This document shows, in pieces, positions 53,711 to 61,600 of a DNA stretch of 64,000 bases. Numbering within the stretch: the stretch's first letter is position 1; every line of letters begins with the position of its first letter. Source of the stretch: Candidatus Multivorans thiocomprendens (GTDB taxonomy: Bacteria; Acidobacteriota; Thermoanaerobaculia; Multivoradales; Multivoraceae). The stretch is taken from positions 175 to 64,174 of the forward strand of contig JAPVWO010000240.1 in assembly GCA_027493375.1 (NCBI GenBank), written 5' to 3'. Made by a program: the position numbers and the translations under genes. The notes beneath the pieces were generated by a model, which was not told where the DNA came from, did not search any database, and saw only the letters and a list, made by a program, of their open reading frames with translations.

Positions 53711-55167
53711 GCCGGTCGCGCTCCGGAGGCTGCGGATCGGCCCCGGACATGCGTGCGCCAGGCGTCGAGCGCCCGCTCGCGTGCCACGTCGTGGTCGACC
53801 AAGGGCAGCGGATACGTCTCGCCCAGCCGAACCCCTGAGCCGTCGAGCACAGCCTCCGGCGCAAGCCAGGGTGCGTGGATCGCGCGGTCGGGCAGCCGGC
53901 GCAGCTCCGGCAGCCACTTCCGGAGGTATGCACCGGCCTCGTCGTGGCGCCGCGACTGGGCGACCGGATTGAAGACCCGGAAGTAGGGCGCCGCGTCGGC
54001 GCCGCTTCCCGCGGTCCACTGCCAGCCGCAACTGTTGTTGGCCCAGTCCGCGTCGACGAGGGTGTCCCAGAACCAGTCCGCGCCGCGCCGCCAGTCGATC
54101 AGCAGGTGCTTCGTCAGGAAGGAGGCCACGAGCATCCTCACCCGGTTGTGCATCCAGCCGGTGATCCAGAGCTCGCGCATTCCGGCGTCGACGATCGGAT
54201 AGCCGGTTCCGCCCCGCTGCCAGCGGCGGAGATCGTTCGGAGCGTCACGCCAGGGCATGCGGTCGAATTCCGGCCTGAGGTTCCGGATCCCCATCTCCGG
54301 GTTGTGGAACAGGAGTTGATGGCTGAACTCGCGCCACCCGAGCTCGCGCAGGAAGGCCTCACGTGGTCTGCGAGGCAAGGCGGCGGCCGCCGCCGCGGCC
54401 TGGCGCGGACCGATTTCGCCGAAGTGGAGGTGGGGCGACAAACGGCTGGTCGCTTCGATCCCCGGCCGGTCGCGGTCCTGGTCGTACTGCTCCGCCGCGC
54501 TGGCCAGGAAGGCGCGGAGACGCTTCCGTGCGCCCTCCTCGCCAGGCTGCCAGACTTCGCGGAAGCCGGCCGCCCAATCGGGCTCGTAGCAGCGGAGTTC
54601 CCAGCTCTCTAGGTCGTCGCTGCGAGGCCACGCGGCCGGCGCCGCGGGCCGCGGTGGCATCGCAACCGGGCGCGTGAAGCCGTGCGCCACGCATTTCCGC
54701 CAGAACGGCGTGAACACCCGGTACGGCTGGCCGGTACCGCTTCGGATTTCCTCCGGCTCGAACAGGAGACTCGCCGGGAAGGTCCGCGTCTCGGGACCGG
54801 CTTCGGCGCAGCGTTCCTCGATCTCCGCGTCGCGTTGCGTGATCGCCGGTTCGTACAGCCGGTTCCAGACCACTCTCGAGGCACCGACTTCATGAACCAG
54901 GTCCGTGATGGCTCGACCGGCGGCTCCGCGGCGAAGAATGAGCCGACTCCCCTGTCCGCGTAACGCCCGGTCGAGCGCCTGAAGACTGCCGTGCAGCCAC
55001 CACCGCGATGCGCCGCCGATCGGTTGCTCGCCCTCCTCCTCATCGAGCACGAAGACCGGAACGACGGGACGTCCGGTCCCGACGGCCCACGACCACGCGG
55101 GGTTATCGGTCAGCCGCAGGTCCCGCCGGAACCAGGCGAGAATCGGTCGCTGCGCGGTTGGAGGCAT
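53707..55167 (-). CDS. phrB: deoxyribodipyrimidine photolyase (cryptochrome/photolyase family)
   Basis: The N-terminus is ILAWFRRDLRLTDNPAW. It has YRVFTPFW and the FAD-binding block TGYPIVDAGMRELWITGWMHNRVRMLVASFL...W..W. 486 aa. Confidence 0.9.
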   Translation of the reverse strand: MPPTAQRPILAWFRRDLRLTDNPAWSWAVGTGRPVVPVFVLDEEEGEQPIGGASRWWLHGSLQALDRALRGQGSRLILRRGAAGRAITDLVHEVGASRVVWNRLYEPAITQRDAEIEERCAEAGPETRTFPASLLFEPEEIRSGTGQPYRVFTPFWRKCVAHGFTRPVAMPPRPAAPAAWPRSDDLESWELRCYEPDWAAGFREVWQPGEEGARKRLRAFLASAAEQYDQDRDRPGIEATSRLSPHLHFGEIGPRQAAAAAAALPRRPREAFLRELGWREFSHQLLFHNPEMGIRNLRPEFDRMPWRDAPNDLRRWQRGGTGYPIVDAGMRELWITGWMHNRVRMLVASFLTKHLLIDWRRGADWFWDTLVDADWANNSCGWQWTAGSGADAAPYFRVFNPVAQSRRHDEAGAYLRKWLPELRRLPDRAIHAPWLAPEAVLDGSGVRLGETYPLPLVDHDVARERALDAWRTHVRGRSAASGARPA

Positions 55168-55225
55168 GCAGGCGGAGCGTACGACGGTTGACGACGATGG
55201 CTCGACAAAGCAGAGTGTCCGAGCG

Positions 55226-56506
55226 ATGAGGCGACAGAGAAACGGACCGATTCGCCTTCGAGCCGCCGTTCCGGCCGCCGCTGGCCTCTTGCTCCTCGCG
55301 CTTTCCGTACCGCCTCCCCCGGCTACCGCAGACGACTGGCCGCAGTGGCGCGGTCCGGGGCGGGACGGCGTCTCGACCGAAACCGGGCTCGCCGACCGCT
55401 GGCCCGCGGGGGGACCGCCGCTGCTGTGGCGCGTCGACGACTTGGGCGAAGGCTACGGCACGGTCGCGGCGGTCGACGGCTCGCTCTACGTCCAGGGAAC
55501 CCGCGGCGGTCGAAGCTTCGTGTTCGCCCTCGATGCGTCGGACGGCAGCGTCCGCTGGGAACGCGAACTCGGTTCGCGGTTGCGGGACGGCCGGGGCAAC
55601 GGCCCCCGCGGTACGCCGACCGTGGCCGGCGATTCGCTCTATGCGCTGACCGGCGTCGGCGACCTGGCGCGCATCCGCCTCTCGGACGGGAACGTGGCGT
55701 GGCAGCGGAACATCCTCCGTGACTTCGGCCAGCGGAACATCAGTTGGGGCATCAGCGAGTCGCCCCTGATCGAGGGCGAATGGGTGATCGTGATGCCGGG
55801 CGGGGACGATGGCGCCATCGCGGCCCTCGACCGGGAGACGGGCGCCACGGTGTGGACCAGCACCGGCTTGACCGACCGGGCTGGCTACTCCTCCCTGATC
55901 GCCGTCGACCTGGAGGGCGGCGGCGAGCCGTTGCGGGCGATCGTCGGCTTCACGGCGCGGGCCGGCGTCGGCGTGCGGGCCTCGGACGGCGAACTGCTCT
56001 GGCACTACCGGGAGCCGGCCAACCGCACGGCGAACGCGGCGACACCGATCTACTCGGACGGCCTCGTCTTCTACACCTCGGACTACGGCACCGGCGGCGG
56101 CGCGCTCCGCGTGCGGGTCGCCGGCGACAACGTGAGCACGGGACAGGCGTGGTTCGAGTCGCGCCTCCGGAACCACCACGGCGGCGTCGTGCTCTACGAA
56201 GGACATCTCTACGGGTTCTTCGGCAGCGCGCTTGCCTGCGTGGACTTCGAAACCGGTGAAACCGTCTGGCGGGACCGGAGCGTCGGCAAGGGCTCGCTCA
56301 CTCTCGCCGACGGCAAGCTGTTCCTGCTCGGCGAGAGGCACCTCGCCGGTCTGGCGGAAGCGACTCCCGACGGCTACGTCGAACGGGGCCGCTTCAATCT
56401 GGACAACCGCGGCCGTCCGAGCTGGGCCCATCCCGTGGTCAGCAACGGCGTCCTCTACATCCGCAACTGGGACGAACTGCTGGCCTACGACGCTTCGTCG
56501 CCCTAG
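55226..56506 (+). CDS. PQQ-like beta-propeller repeat protein (BamB-like), exported
   Basis: The ATG at 55226 gives a signal peptide, followed by the hallmark DDWPQWRGPGRDGVS. Repeated propeller blades follow. The antisense ORF 55103..56431 is shadow. Confidence 0.8.
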   Translation: MRRQRNGPIRLRAAVPAAAGLLLLALSVPPPPATADDWPQWRGPGRDGVSTETGLADRWPAGGPPLLWRVDDLGEGYGTVAAVDGSLYVQGTRGGRSFVFALDASDGSVRWERELGSRLRDGRGNGPRGTPTVAGDSLYALTGVGDLARIRLSDGNVAWQRNILRDFGQRNISWGISESPLIEGEWVIVMPGGDDGAIAALDRETGATVWTSTGLTDRAGYSSLIAVDLEGGGEPLRAIVGFTARAGVGVRASDGELLWHYREPANRTANAATPIYSDGLVFYTSDYGTGGGALRVRVAGDNVSTGQAWFESRLRNHHGGVVLYEGHLYGFFGSALACVDFETGETVWRDRSVGKGSLTLADGKLFLLGERHLAGLAEATPDGYVERGRFNLDNRGRPSWAHPVVSNGVLYIRNWDELLAYDASSP

Positions 56507-56534
56507 GAGCTCACGCCGCTAGTTCCGCTCCGTC

Positions 56535-57396
56535 GTGCCCATCAAGTACCTCGGTTCCAAGCGGCAGTTCGTGCCGCTGATCGACGAGTTCAACCGGCTG
56601 CCGCCGGCGGCCGGCTACTTCACGGAGGTCTTCTGTGAGAAGAGCCGCTACCTGCAGCCGAAGAACGGCGCCCGGGTCGACGCCATCCGCGAGGAGATCG
56701 AGCGGAAGGACCTCGACCCGGAACTCCGGGCGATCGTGCTCGTCTCCCTGATGGAGGCTGCCGACCGGGTCGACAGCACGACCGGCGTGCAGATGGCCTT
56801 TCTGAAGCAGTGGGCCCCGCGAGCGGCCAACGACCTGGAGCTGCGGCTGCCGGAGATCGCTCCGCGCGCCGAGGCAGGGAAGGGAAGAGCCCACCGGATG
56901 GACGCCGCCGAGGCCGTGGAGGTGCTCGAAAGCGGACATCGCGTACCTCGATCCGCCCTACAACCAGCACAGCTACCTGGGCAACTACCACGTCTGGGAG
57001 AGCCTCGTGCTTTGGGACAAGCCCGAGCACTACGGCGTCGCCTGCAAGCGGGTCGCCTGCAAGCAGCGCAAGAGCGACTTCAACAGCAAGAGGATGTTCC
57101 GCGCCGCGTGGGAACGGATCGTGGACCGGATTCGGGCGCGGCACCTGATCGTTTCCTTCAGCGACGAGGGCTTCCTGGGCCGCGAGGAGATGGAAGCGGT
57201 GCTGGCTCGTCGCGGCGAGGTCCAGGTGATCGAGAACGTCTACCGGTGCTACGTCGGCGCCCGGATCGGCGTGTTCAACCCGAGCGGCGAGCGAGTCGGT
57301 CGGGTAAGCCACCTCCGGAACAAGGAGTATCTGTACGTCGTCTCGCCGGAGAAGCTGCGGGAGGCCGCGGTGCGAGCGGTCGCGAAAGCAGGTTGA
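56535..57396 (+). pseudogene. D12-class (Dam-like) N6-adenine DNA methyltransferase, disrupted
   Basis: The N-terminus MPIKYLGSKRQFVPLIDEF jumps straight to NRLPPAAGYFTEVFCEKSRYLQPKNGARVDAIR, so the FxGxG SAM-binding block is missing. At about 56925-56934 the reading frame changes. The catalytic part ADIAYLDPPYNQHSYLGNYHVWESL...HLRNKEYLYVV lies in the frame of track ORF 57007..57396. Confidence 0.75.
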
Positions 57397-57429
57397 CATA
57401 CCGACATACGTGGCTGTAGCGTCACCTGC

Positions 57430-57696
57430 ATGCGCACCACGGTACGGCTCGACGACGAACTTCTGGCGGAAGCGAAGCGGCACGCGGCGCGTACTGGGCG
57501 GACGCTTACGTCACTGATCGACGAGGGACTCCGAGAGGTGCTCGCGCGAGGTGAGCGGCGGGCGCCGGCGAAGCGTGTCGAGCTGCTGACCGGCGGAAGA
57601 GGCGGCCTGCAACCCGGAGTGAGGAGCGATCGGCTGACGGACCAGCTCGACCTGATGGACAGCGAGCGCTTCCTGGATCTGGTTGATCGTTCCTGA
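57430..57696 (+). CDS. vapB: VapB-type antitoxin
   Basis: 88 aa. MRTTVRLDDELLAEAKRHAARTGRTLTSLIDEGLREVL is the classic VapB antitoxin N-terminus. It overlaps the downstream PIN gene. Confidence 0.8.
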   Translation: MRTTVRLDDELLAEAKRHAARTGRTLTSLIDEGLREVLARGERRAPAKRVELLTGGRGGLQPGVRSDRLTDQLDLMDSERFLDLVDRS

Positions 57697-58177
57697 CGTC
57701 AACGTTCTCGTCTACGCGCACCGCGAGGACATGGACGAGCATGGACCTTACCGAGAGTGGCTCGATTGGTTGGTGAACGCGGGCCCGGCCTACGGCATGT
57801 CGGAGATGGTGCTGAGTTCCTTCGTGCGGATCGTGACCAACCGTCGGACCTTCCGGGAACCCAGCGAAACACGGCAAGCGCTCGCCAGCGCTGCCAAGCT
57901 GCTGGAGCCGCCTCAGTGTGTTCCGGTACGGCCCGGTCCGAGACACTGGGAGATCTTCGACGGTCTTTGCAGGCGGCATGCAGTCGCCTCCAAGCTCGTC
58001 GCCGACGCTTACCTCGCGGCGATCGTCATGGAGGCGGGGTGCGACCTGGCCACGGCTGACAGGGACTTCGCACGCTTCGAGGGTCTTCGCTGGCAGCATC
58101 CGCTGGCCGGGAAACCGGGCGGAGAGGGCGGCGTCGTGATGGAACCCAGGCGTCGCCCCTGGCTCACGTCAGACTGA
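57683..58177 (+). CDS. vapC: PIN-domain toxin VapC
   Basis: The TTG start overlaps the end of vapB. PIN blocks are IVPDVNVLVYAH, SEMVLSSFVRIVTN, ADAYLAAIVMEAGCDLATADRDF. Confidence 0.85.
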   Translation: MIVPDVNVLVYAHREDMDEHGPYREWLDWLVNAGPAYGMSEMVLSSFVRIVTNRRTFREPSETRQALASAAKLLEPPQCVPVRPGPRHWEIFDGLCRRHAVASKLVADAYLAAIVMEAGCDLATADRDFARFEGLRWQHPLAGKPGGEGGVVMEPRRRPWLTSD

Positions 58178-58206
58178 CACCTTCCAGCGTTGCTCGCCTT
58201 GGGTGC

Positions 58207-58224
58207 GCCGGCGTCTTCGCCGGC
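58207..58224. terminator. GC-rich hairpin between convergent genes (possible bidirectional terminator)
   Basis: gccggcg-tctt-cgccggc forms a 7-bp perfect stem with a 4-nt loop. It lies between the vapC stop (58177) and the GST stop (58256). There is no U-tract, so the call is weak. Confidence 0.25.
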
Positions 58225-58255
58225 ATCCGGCGTCGAGGGCCGGCTCGGGATCACA

Positions 58256-58909
58256 TCAGTCGCGTAAGGGACCTGATCGCTCGGCGTCGGCGAACGCGAT
58301 CCGGAACCCCGGCCGGGCTTCGAGCCGGCTCATGTATGCGAGGAGCTTCGGATAGCGGTCGTCAAGCACATCCAGTCTCTGCGCCAGGGCCAGTGAGTAG
58401 CCCATCATGATGTCGGCGGCGGTCAACTCGCTTCCCATCAGGTAGTCGCGGCCCTCGAGCGCAGCCTCGATGGCGTCGAGGCAGATCTCAGCCCGCTCCC
58501 GGCCGTCCTCGACGACGGCGGGGATGCGCTCCGGCTCCGGCTTGAGGATACGGTGGTGGACCATGTCTCCGAGCGGCCGGGCCAGGCTGGCCTCGGCGAA
58601 CCAGGACCATTGCAGGAACAGCGCGCTCTCAGGGCTGCCCACAGGCGGCTGCAGGCGGCCCTCACCGTACCGCTCCAGGATGTAGTGGACCATTGCGCCG
58701 GACTCGATCATCGTGAAGGGGTTGCCCTCCGCGTCGAGGTCCGTCAACGCTGGCACCTTGCCGATCGGGTTGAGCCGCCGCCACTCGGCCGACTTCCGGT
58801 ACTCCGGGCTGAAGTCGACCGCGACGACTTCGTAGGGCAGGTCGAGTTCCTCGCAGAGCCAGATGATTCTGGCCGAGCGGGTGCGCGGCACGTGGTAGAT
58901 CGTGATCAC
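58256..58909 (-). CDS. glutathione S-transferase
   Basis: 217 aa. It has a GST N-domain (MITIYHVPRTRSARIIWLCEELDLPYEVV...GKVPAL...ESGAMVHYI) and a helical C-domain. Confidence 0.85.
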   Translation of the reverse strand: MITIYHVPRTRSARIIWLCEELDLPYEVVAVDFSPEYRKSAEWRRLNPIGKVPALTDLDAEGNPFTMIESGAMVHYILERYGEGRLQPPVGSPESALFLQWSWFAEASLARPLGDMVHHRILKPEPERIPAVVEDGRERAEICLDAIEAALEGRDYLMGSELTAADIMMGYSLALAQRLDVLDDRYPKLLAYMSRLEARPGFRIAFADAERSGPLRD

Positions 58910-58942
58910 GTGCGGAGTGGAACCATCGGTGGCCTGGTCGTT

Positions 58943-59663
58943 CTACGCCAGGGCGCGCTCGAACAGCGCGAGGAGGCGGCTCCAGGCCCGTTCCGCCTGG
59001 GCCTCGTGGTAGACCGGCGTGTCCGGCGGGCACCAGCCGTGCATCGCGTCCTCGTAGACCTCGATCTCGGCCGGCAGGCCGGCGGCTTCGAAGGTTTCGC
59101 GCAGCACGTCCTTGGCCTCGGGCTGGCGCTGGTCGTCGTTTTCCGCGATGGCGAACAGGTAGTGCGCCGTCATGTCCTTCACGAGCAGGTGCGGGCTGTT
59201 CGGCTGGTCCGTGACGAGTCCGCCGCCGTGGAAGGAGGCGCCGGCTCTCCGGGCTGAGCGACCGCATCAGGGGCATCAGCGTCTCGCGCAGCGCGCCGAA
59301 GTCGGTCCCTTCGGCGATCGGCGCCTTCTTCGTCCGGTAGTACTGGTTGACGGCGAGCACCGAGTAGCCCGATTCCGCGAGGCGCGTCGCCATCTGCCGC
59401 ATCGCCGGCCGCAGGCCGAACGCGTCCGGCCAGATGAGGACGCCCGGGTGGGCGCCGCTCGCCGGATGGACGAAGTAGCTGTCGCAGACGCCGTCCGGGG
59501 TCGTGATCTCGATCTCGGATTCGGTCACGCTCTGGGCGTTCGCCGCCCGCGGCAGCAGGATCGTCAGGCCGGCGCCCGCCGAGACGGCGCCGAACTCGCG
59601 GCGGGTCAGCCGCTTCCCGCGCAGGTACGTGGTGTTCTCGGCATCGGTTCTGTCGTCACACAT
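58943..59663 (-). pseudogene. dienelactone hydrolase-family protein (Tat-exported), disrupted
   Basis: The N part runs from the ATG at 59663, with Tat signal LTRREFGAVSAGAG. It reads ...GVLIWPDAFGLRPAMRQMATRLAESGYSVLAVNQYY...LMRSLSPE and ends at about 59247. The C part, in another frame from about 59245, reads (R)AGASFHGGGLVTDQPNSPHLLVKDMTAHYLFAIAENDD...AMHGW.... The nucleophile-elbow segment between them is absent. Confidence 0.75.
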
Positions 59664-59685
59664 TCTTGGGTCTCCTTCGTCGAAG

Positions 59686-60078
59686 TTACAGGCGTTCCTT
59701 CACCCATCGCATCACGCCCTCCGCGAGTTGGAGGGCTTCCGCGTGATCCTCTTCTGTCACACGTTCCGCCATGCCGGGGTAGCGCATGACTGCAGCATAG
59801 GGTGTCAACTGGCTGGACAACTCCACCGACTCCGGAACACTCTCTCCGGCTTCCGCAAGCAGTGACAGGAGGACGCTCAGGTCGTGGACGTACGGGAACT
59901 GGATGCCGTGGTGGATCAGCAGGGCCTTGATCGCCTTCTCGGCTGCCTGCTGGGCGTGAAAGCACAGGTGTTCAAAGCGGAGGTCTGGGAGGCGGTTCTG
60001 TGCCAGCCGGAGATCGCTCCGGGCGTGGTCCATCCACTCCTCCGGATCGTCCTGGGGCGGGGTGTCAGGCTGCTTCAT
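59686..60078 (-). CDS. HEPN-domain protein (toxin partner of the MNT nucleotidyltransferase)
   Basis: 130 aa. It has the classical HEPN layout (WMDHARSDLRLAQ...FHAQQAAEKAIKALL...AAVMRYPG). It overlaps the upstream MNT gene by 14 nt. Confidence 0.8.
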   Translation of the reverse strand: MKQPDTPPQDDPEEWMDHARSDLRLAQNRLPDLRFEHLCFHAQQAAEKAIKALLIHHGIQFPYVHDLSVLLSLLAEAGESVPESVELSSQLTPYAAVMRYPGMAERVTEEDHAEALQLAEGVMRWVKERL

Positions 60079-60409
60079 AGATGATCCGTCCCTCGCTCAG
60101 GGCCGGCTTGAAGACGAGGGCATGGCTGTCGCGGTAGCGCTCGACATGCTCCGAGGTAGCGACCAGGGCATCGACGGCGACTCCCACGCCGATGAGGTTC
60201 CTGTAGATCGCCTTCATGACGTCGAGGGATCGTGCGCCATCCTTCACGATCAGCAGATCCACGTCGCTGTGTGGCCCCATCTCGCCTCGCGCCGCCGAGC
60301 CGAAGAGGATGATCCTTTCCGGCTGCGCGACGTCCACGATGCGCCGGACGATCTCGTCCAGGACGTCGGCGTCGAGAGCGTGCAGGCGTTTTGACGGAGA
60401 GGCGGACAC
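60065..60409 (-). CDS. MNT-type nucleotidyltransferase (antitoxin partner of HEPN)
   Basis: 114 aa. The Pol-beta-type NTase signature is ILFGSAARGEMGPHSDVDLLIV (GSx..G...DxD). Confidence 0.85.
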   Translation of the reverse strand: MSASPSKRLHALDADVLDEIVRRIVDVAQPERIILFGSAARGEMGPHSDVDLLIVKDGARSLDVMKAIYRNLIGVGVAVDALVATSEHVERYRDSHALVFKPALSEGRIIYEAA

Positions 60410-60532
60410 GGTCCGAGTCTACTTTCTACAGGCTGCGCACCGCTTCGGGCCACGCGACAAAGGCCTCTGCTGCAACGGACCACGTAGGGGTCCAGAAGGG
60501 CGGACTGAACCGGATAGCCTCAGCTAGTTCCA

Positions 60533-60790
60533 ATGAGAGTCTCCATATCCGAGGCCAAGGGCAAGCTGAGCGAACTTGTCCGCCGCGCCGAAGCCGGCCA
60601 CGACGTTGTGCTCACGCGGCATGGCAGGCCCACGGTCGCTCTGATTCCCGTCCGGCCGCGGCGGGACCCCGAGGCGCGGCGGGCCGTGATCGCCTCGGTG
60701 CGCAGAGCAGCCGCAGGTAAGGGGGCGGCCGGTGCCAGCGCGGCCCGGAGCCAGGACTTTCTCTACGGCGATAGCGGTCTGCCCGAGTGA
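60533..60790 (+). CDS. Phd/YefM-type antitoxin, orphan
   Basis: 85 aa. The N-terminus is MRVSISEAKGKLSELVRRAEAGHDVVLTRHGRPTVALIPV and the C-terminus is ...DFLYGDSGLPE, typical of VapC-binding tails. Confidence 0.8.
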   Translation: MRVSISEAKGKLSELVRRAEAGHDVVLTRHGRPTVALIPVRPRRDPEARRAVIASVRRAAAGKGAAGASAARSQDFLYGDSGLPE

Positions 60791-60852
60791 CTGCCTCGGC
60801 GGCCGCTTCACGCCTGCTCGCCCCTCTCGTGACCATAGGGGTCCTCGGGTGA
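60787..60852 (+). pseudogene. possible stump of the cognate PIN toxin (21 codons)
   Basis: The GTG overlaps the Phd stop (GTGA), the usual phd-vapC junction. The ORF reads VTASAAASRLLAPLVTIGVLG* and then stops. The resemblance to a PIN N-terminus (V.(D)ASA...L) is weak. Confidence 0.3.
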
Positions 60853-60913
60853 GCGCTTCCCCCGTGGTCGAGTTCTCAGCGGGACGTACGGCCAGCGGAA
60901 CGGTCTGGTCGAC

Positions 60914-61552
60914 TTACTTCGACCAGACCGCCCAGCCCTTCCCCTGAAGCCATCGAGCCAAGAGAGCCTCTAGTCTGTGAGCACAGGTCTGGTTCGGCGC
61001 CGATCTGGTGGGCAGCGGGTAGGCAGGTATCGGGTTTCGCGGAAACTCATCTTTCAGGTCGTACTCACTCTCCGGCAGCAGGCGTTTGCCGTAGTCCGTA
61101 ACGAAGCCTCTTCCAGCGTTGTGTCCGGCCAAGTGTTGCTGGAAGCGACAGGAGGGCTCATGGGCGGTCGTCCCCACATAGACGCACGGGAGTCTGCTGG
61201 ACGGTTTGTAGTGTGGGTTTTCTCTTTTGAACCTCGGCTTTTCCCGCCATACTCTCTGATCGAGACGGACGACGTACAAGTTGTTCCAACTCTTCGATTT
61301 GAACATCATGCACTGCTCGCGGGGACAGAGCTTGGTAGGAGCGTCGTTGTCGGCGAGGTTCTGACCCTTCACAAGCCGCCATGCCTTGCTTAGGATGACC
61401 GCTTGCGCACGGTGCTCGACCGGCTCGCCTCGTTCAGGCGGTTGCTCGGGATCGCTTCTTCGCCTTCGCGTTCGCCTTCGGAAAAGTAGTGCGATCCCCG
61501 CGGCGGCGGCGGCGCCAGCGCCAATGGTGATTGGAATCAGGGGCGCCGCCAT
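60914..61552 (-). CDS. GIY-YIG/URI-like domain protein with an N-terminal hydrophobic segment
   Basis: The core is NLYVVRLDQRVWREKPRFKRENPHYKPSSRLPCVYVGTTAHEPSCRFQQHLAGHNAGRGFVTDYGKRLLPE...RLEALLARWLQGKGWAV. This matches a small conserved family I recall with a Y(V/I)..L ... YVG.T ... RF.QH..G layout. The body of the gene is distinctly AT-richer than its surroundings. The start is uncertain (an internal ATG-ATG at MMFKSK is possible). Confidence 0.5.
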   Translation of the reverse strand: MAAPLIPITIGAGAAAAAGIALLFRRRTRRRRSDPEQPPERGEPVEHRAQAVILSKAWRLVKGQNLADNDAPTKLCPREQCMMFKSKSWNNLYVVRLDQRVWREKPRFKRENPHYKPSSRLPCVYVGTTAHEPSCRFQQHLAGHNAGRGFVTDYGKRLLPESEYDLKDEFPRNPIPAYPLPTRSAPNQTCAHRLEALLARWLQGKGWAVWSK

Positions 61553-61600
61553 GTCCGTCTCAAGGGCGTCAGTTGGGGCCCGGGCAACCGGCCATGCTCG

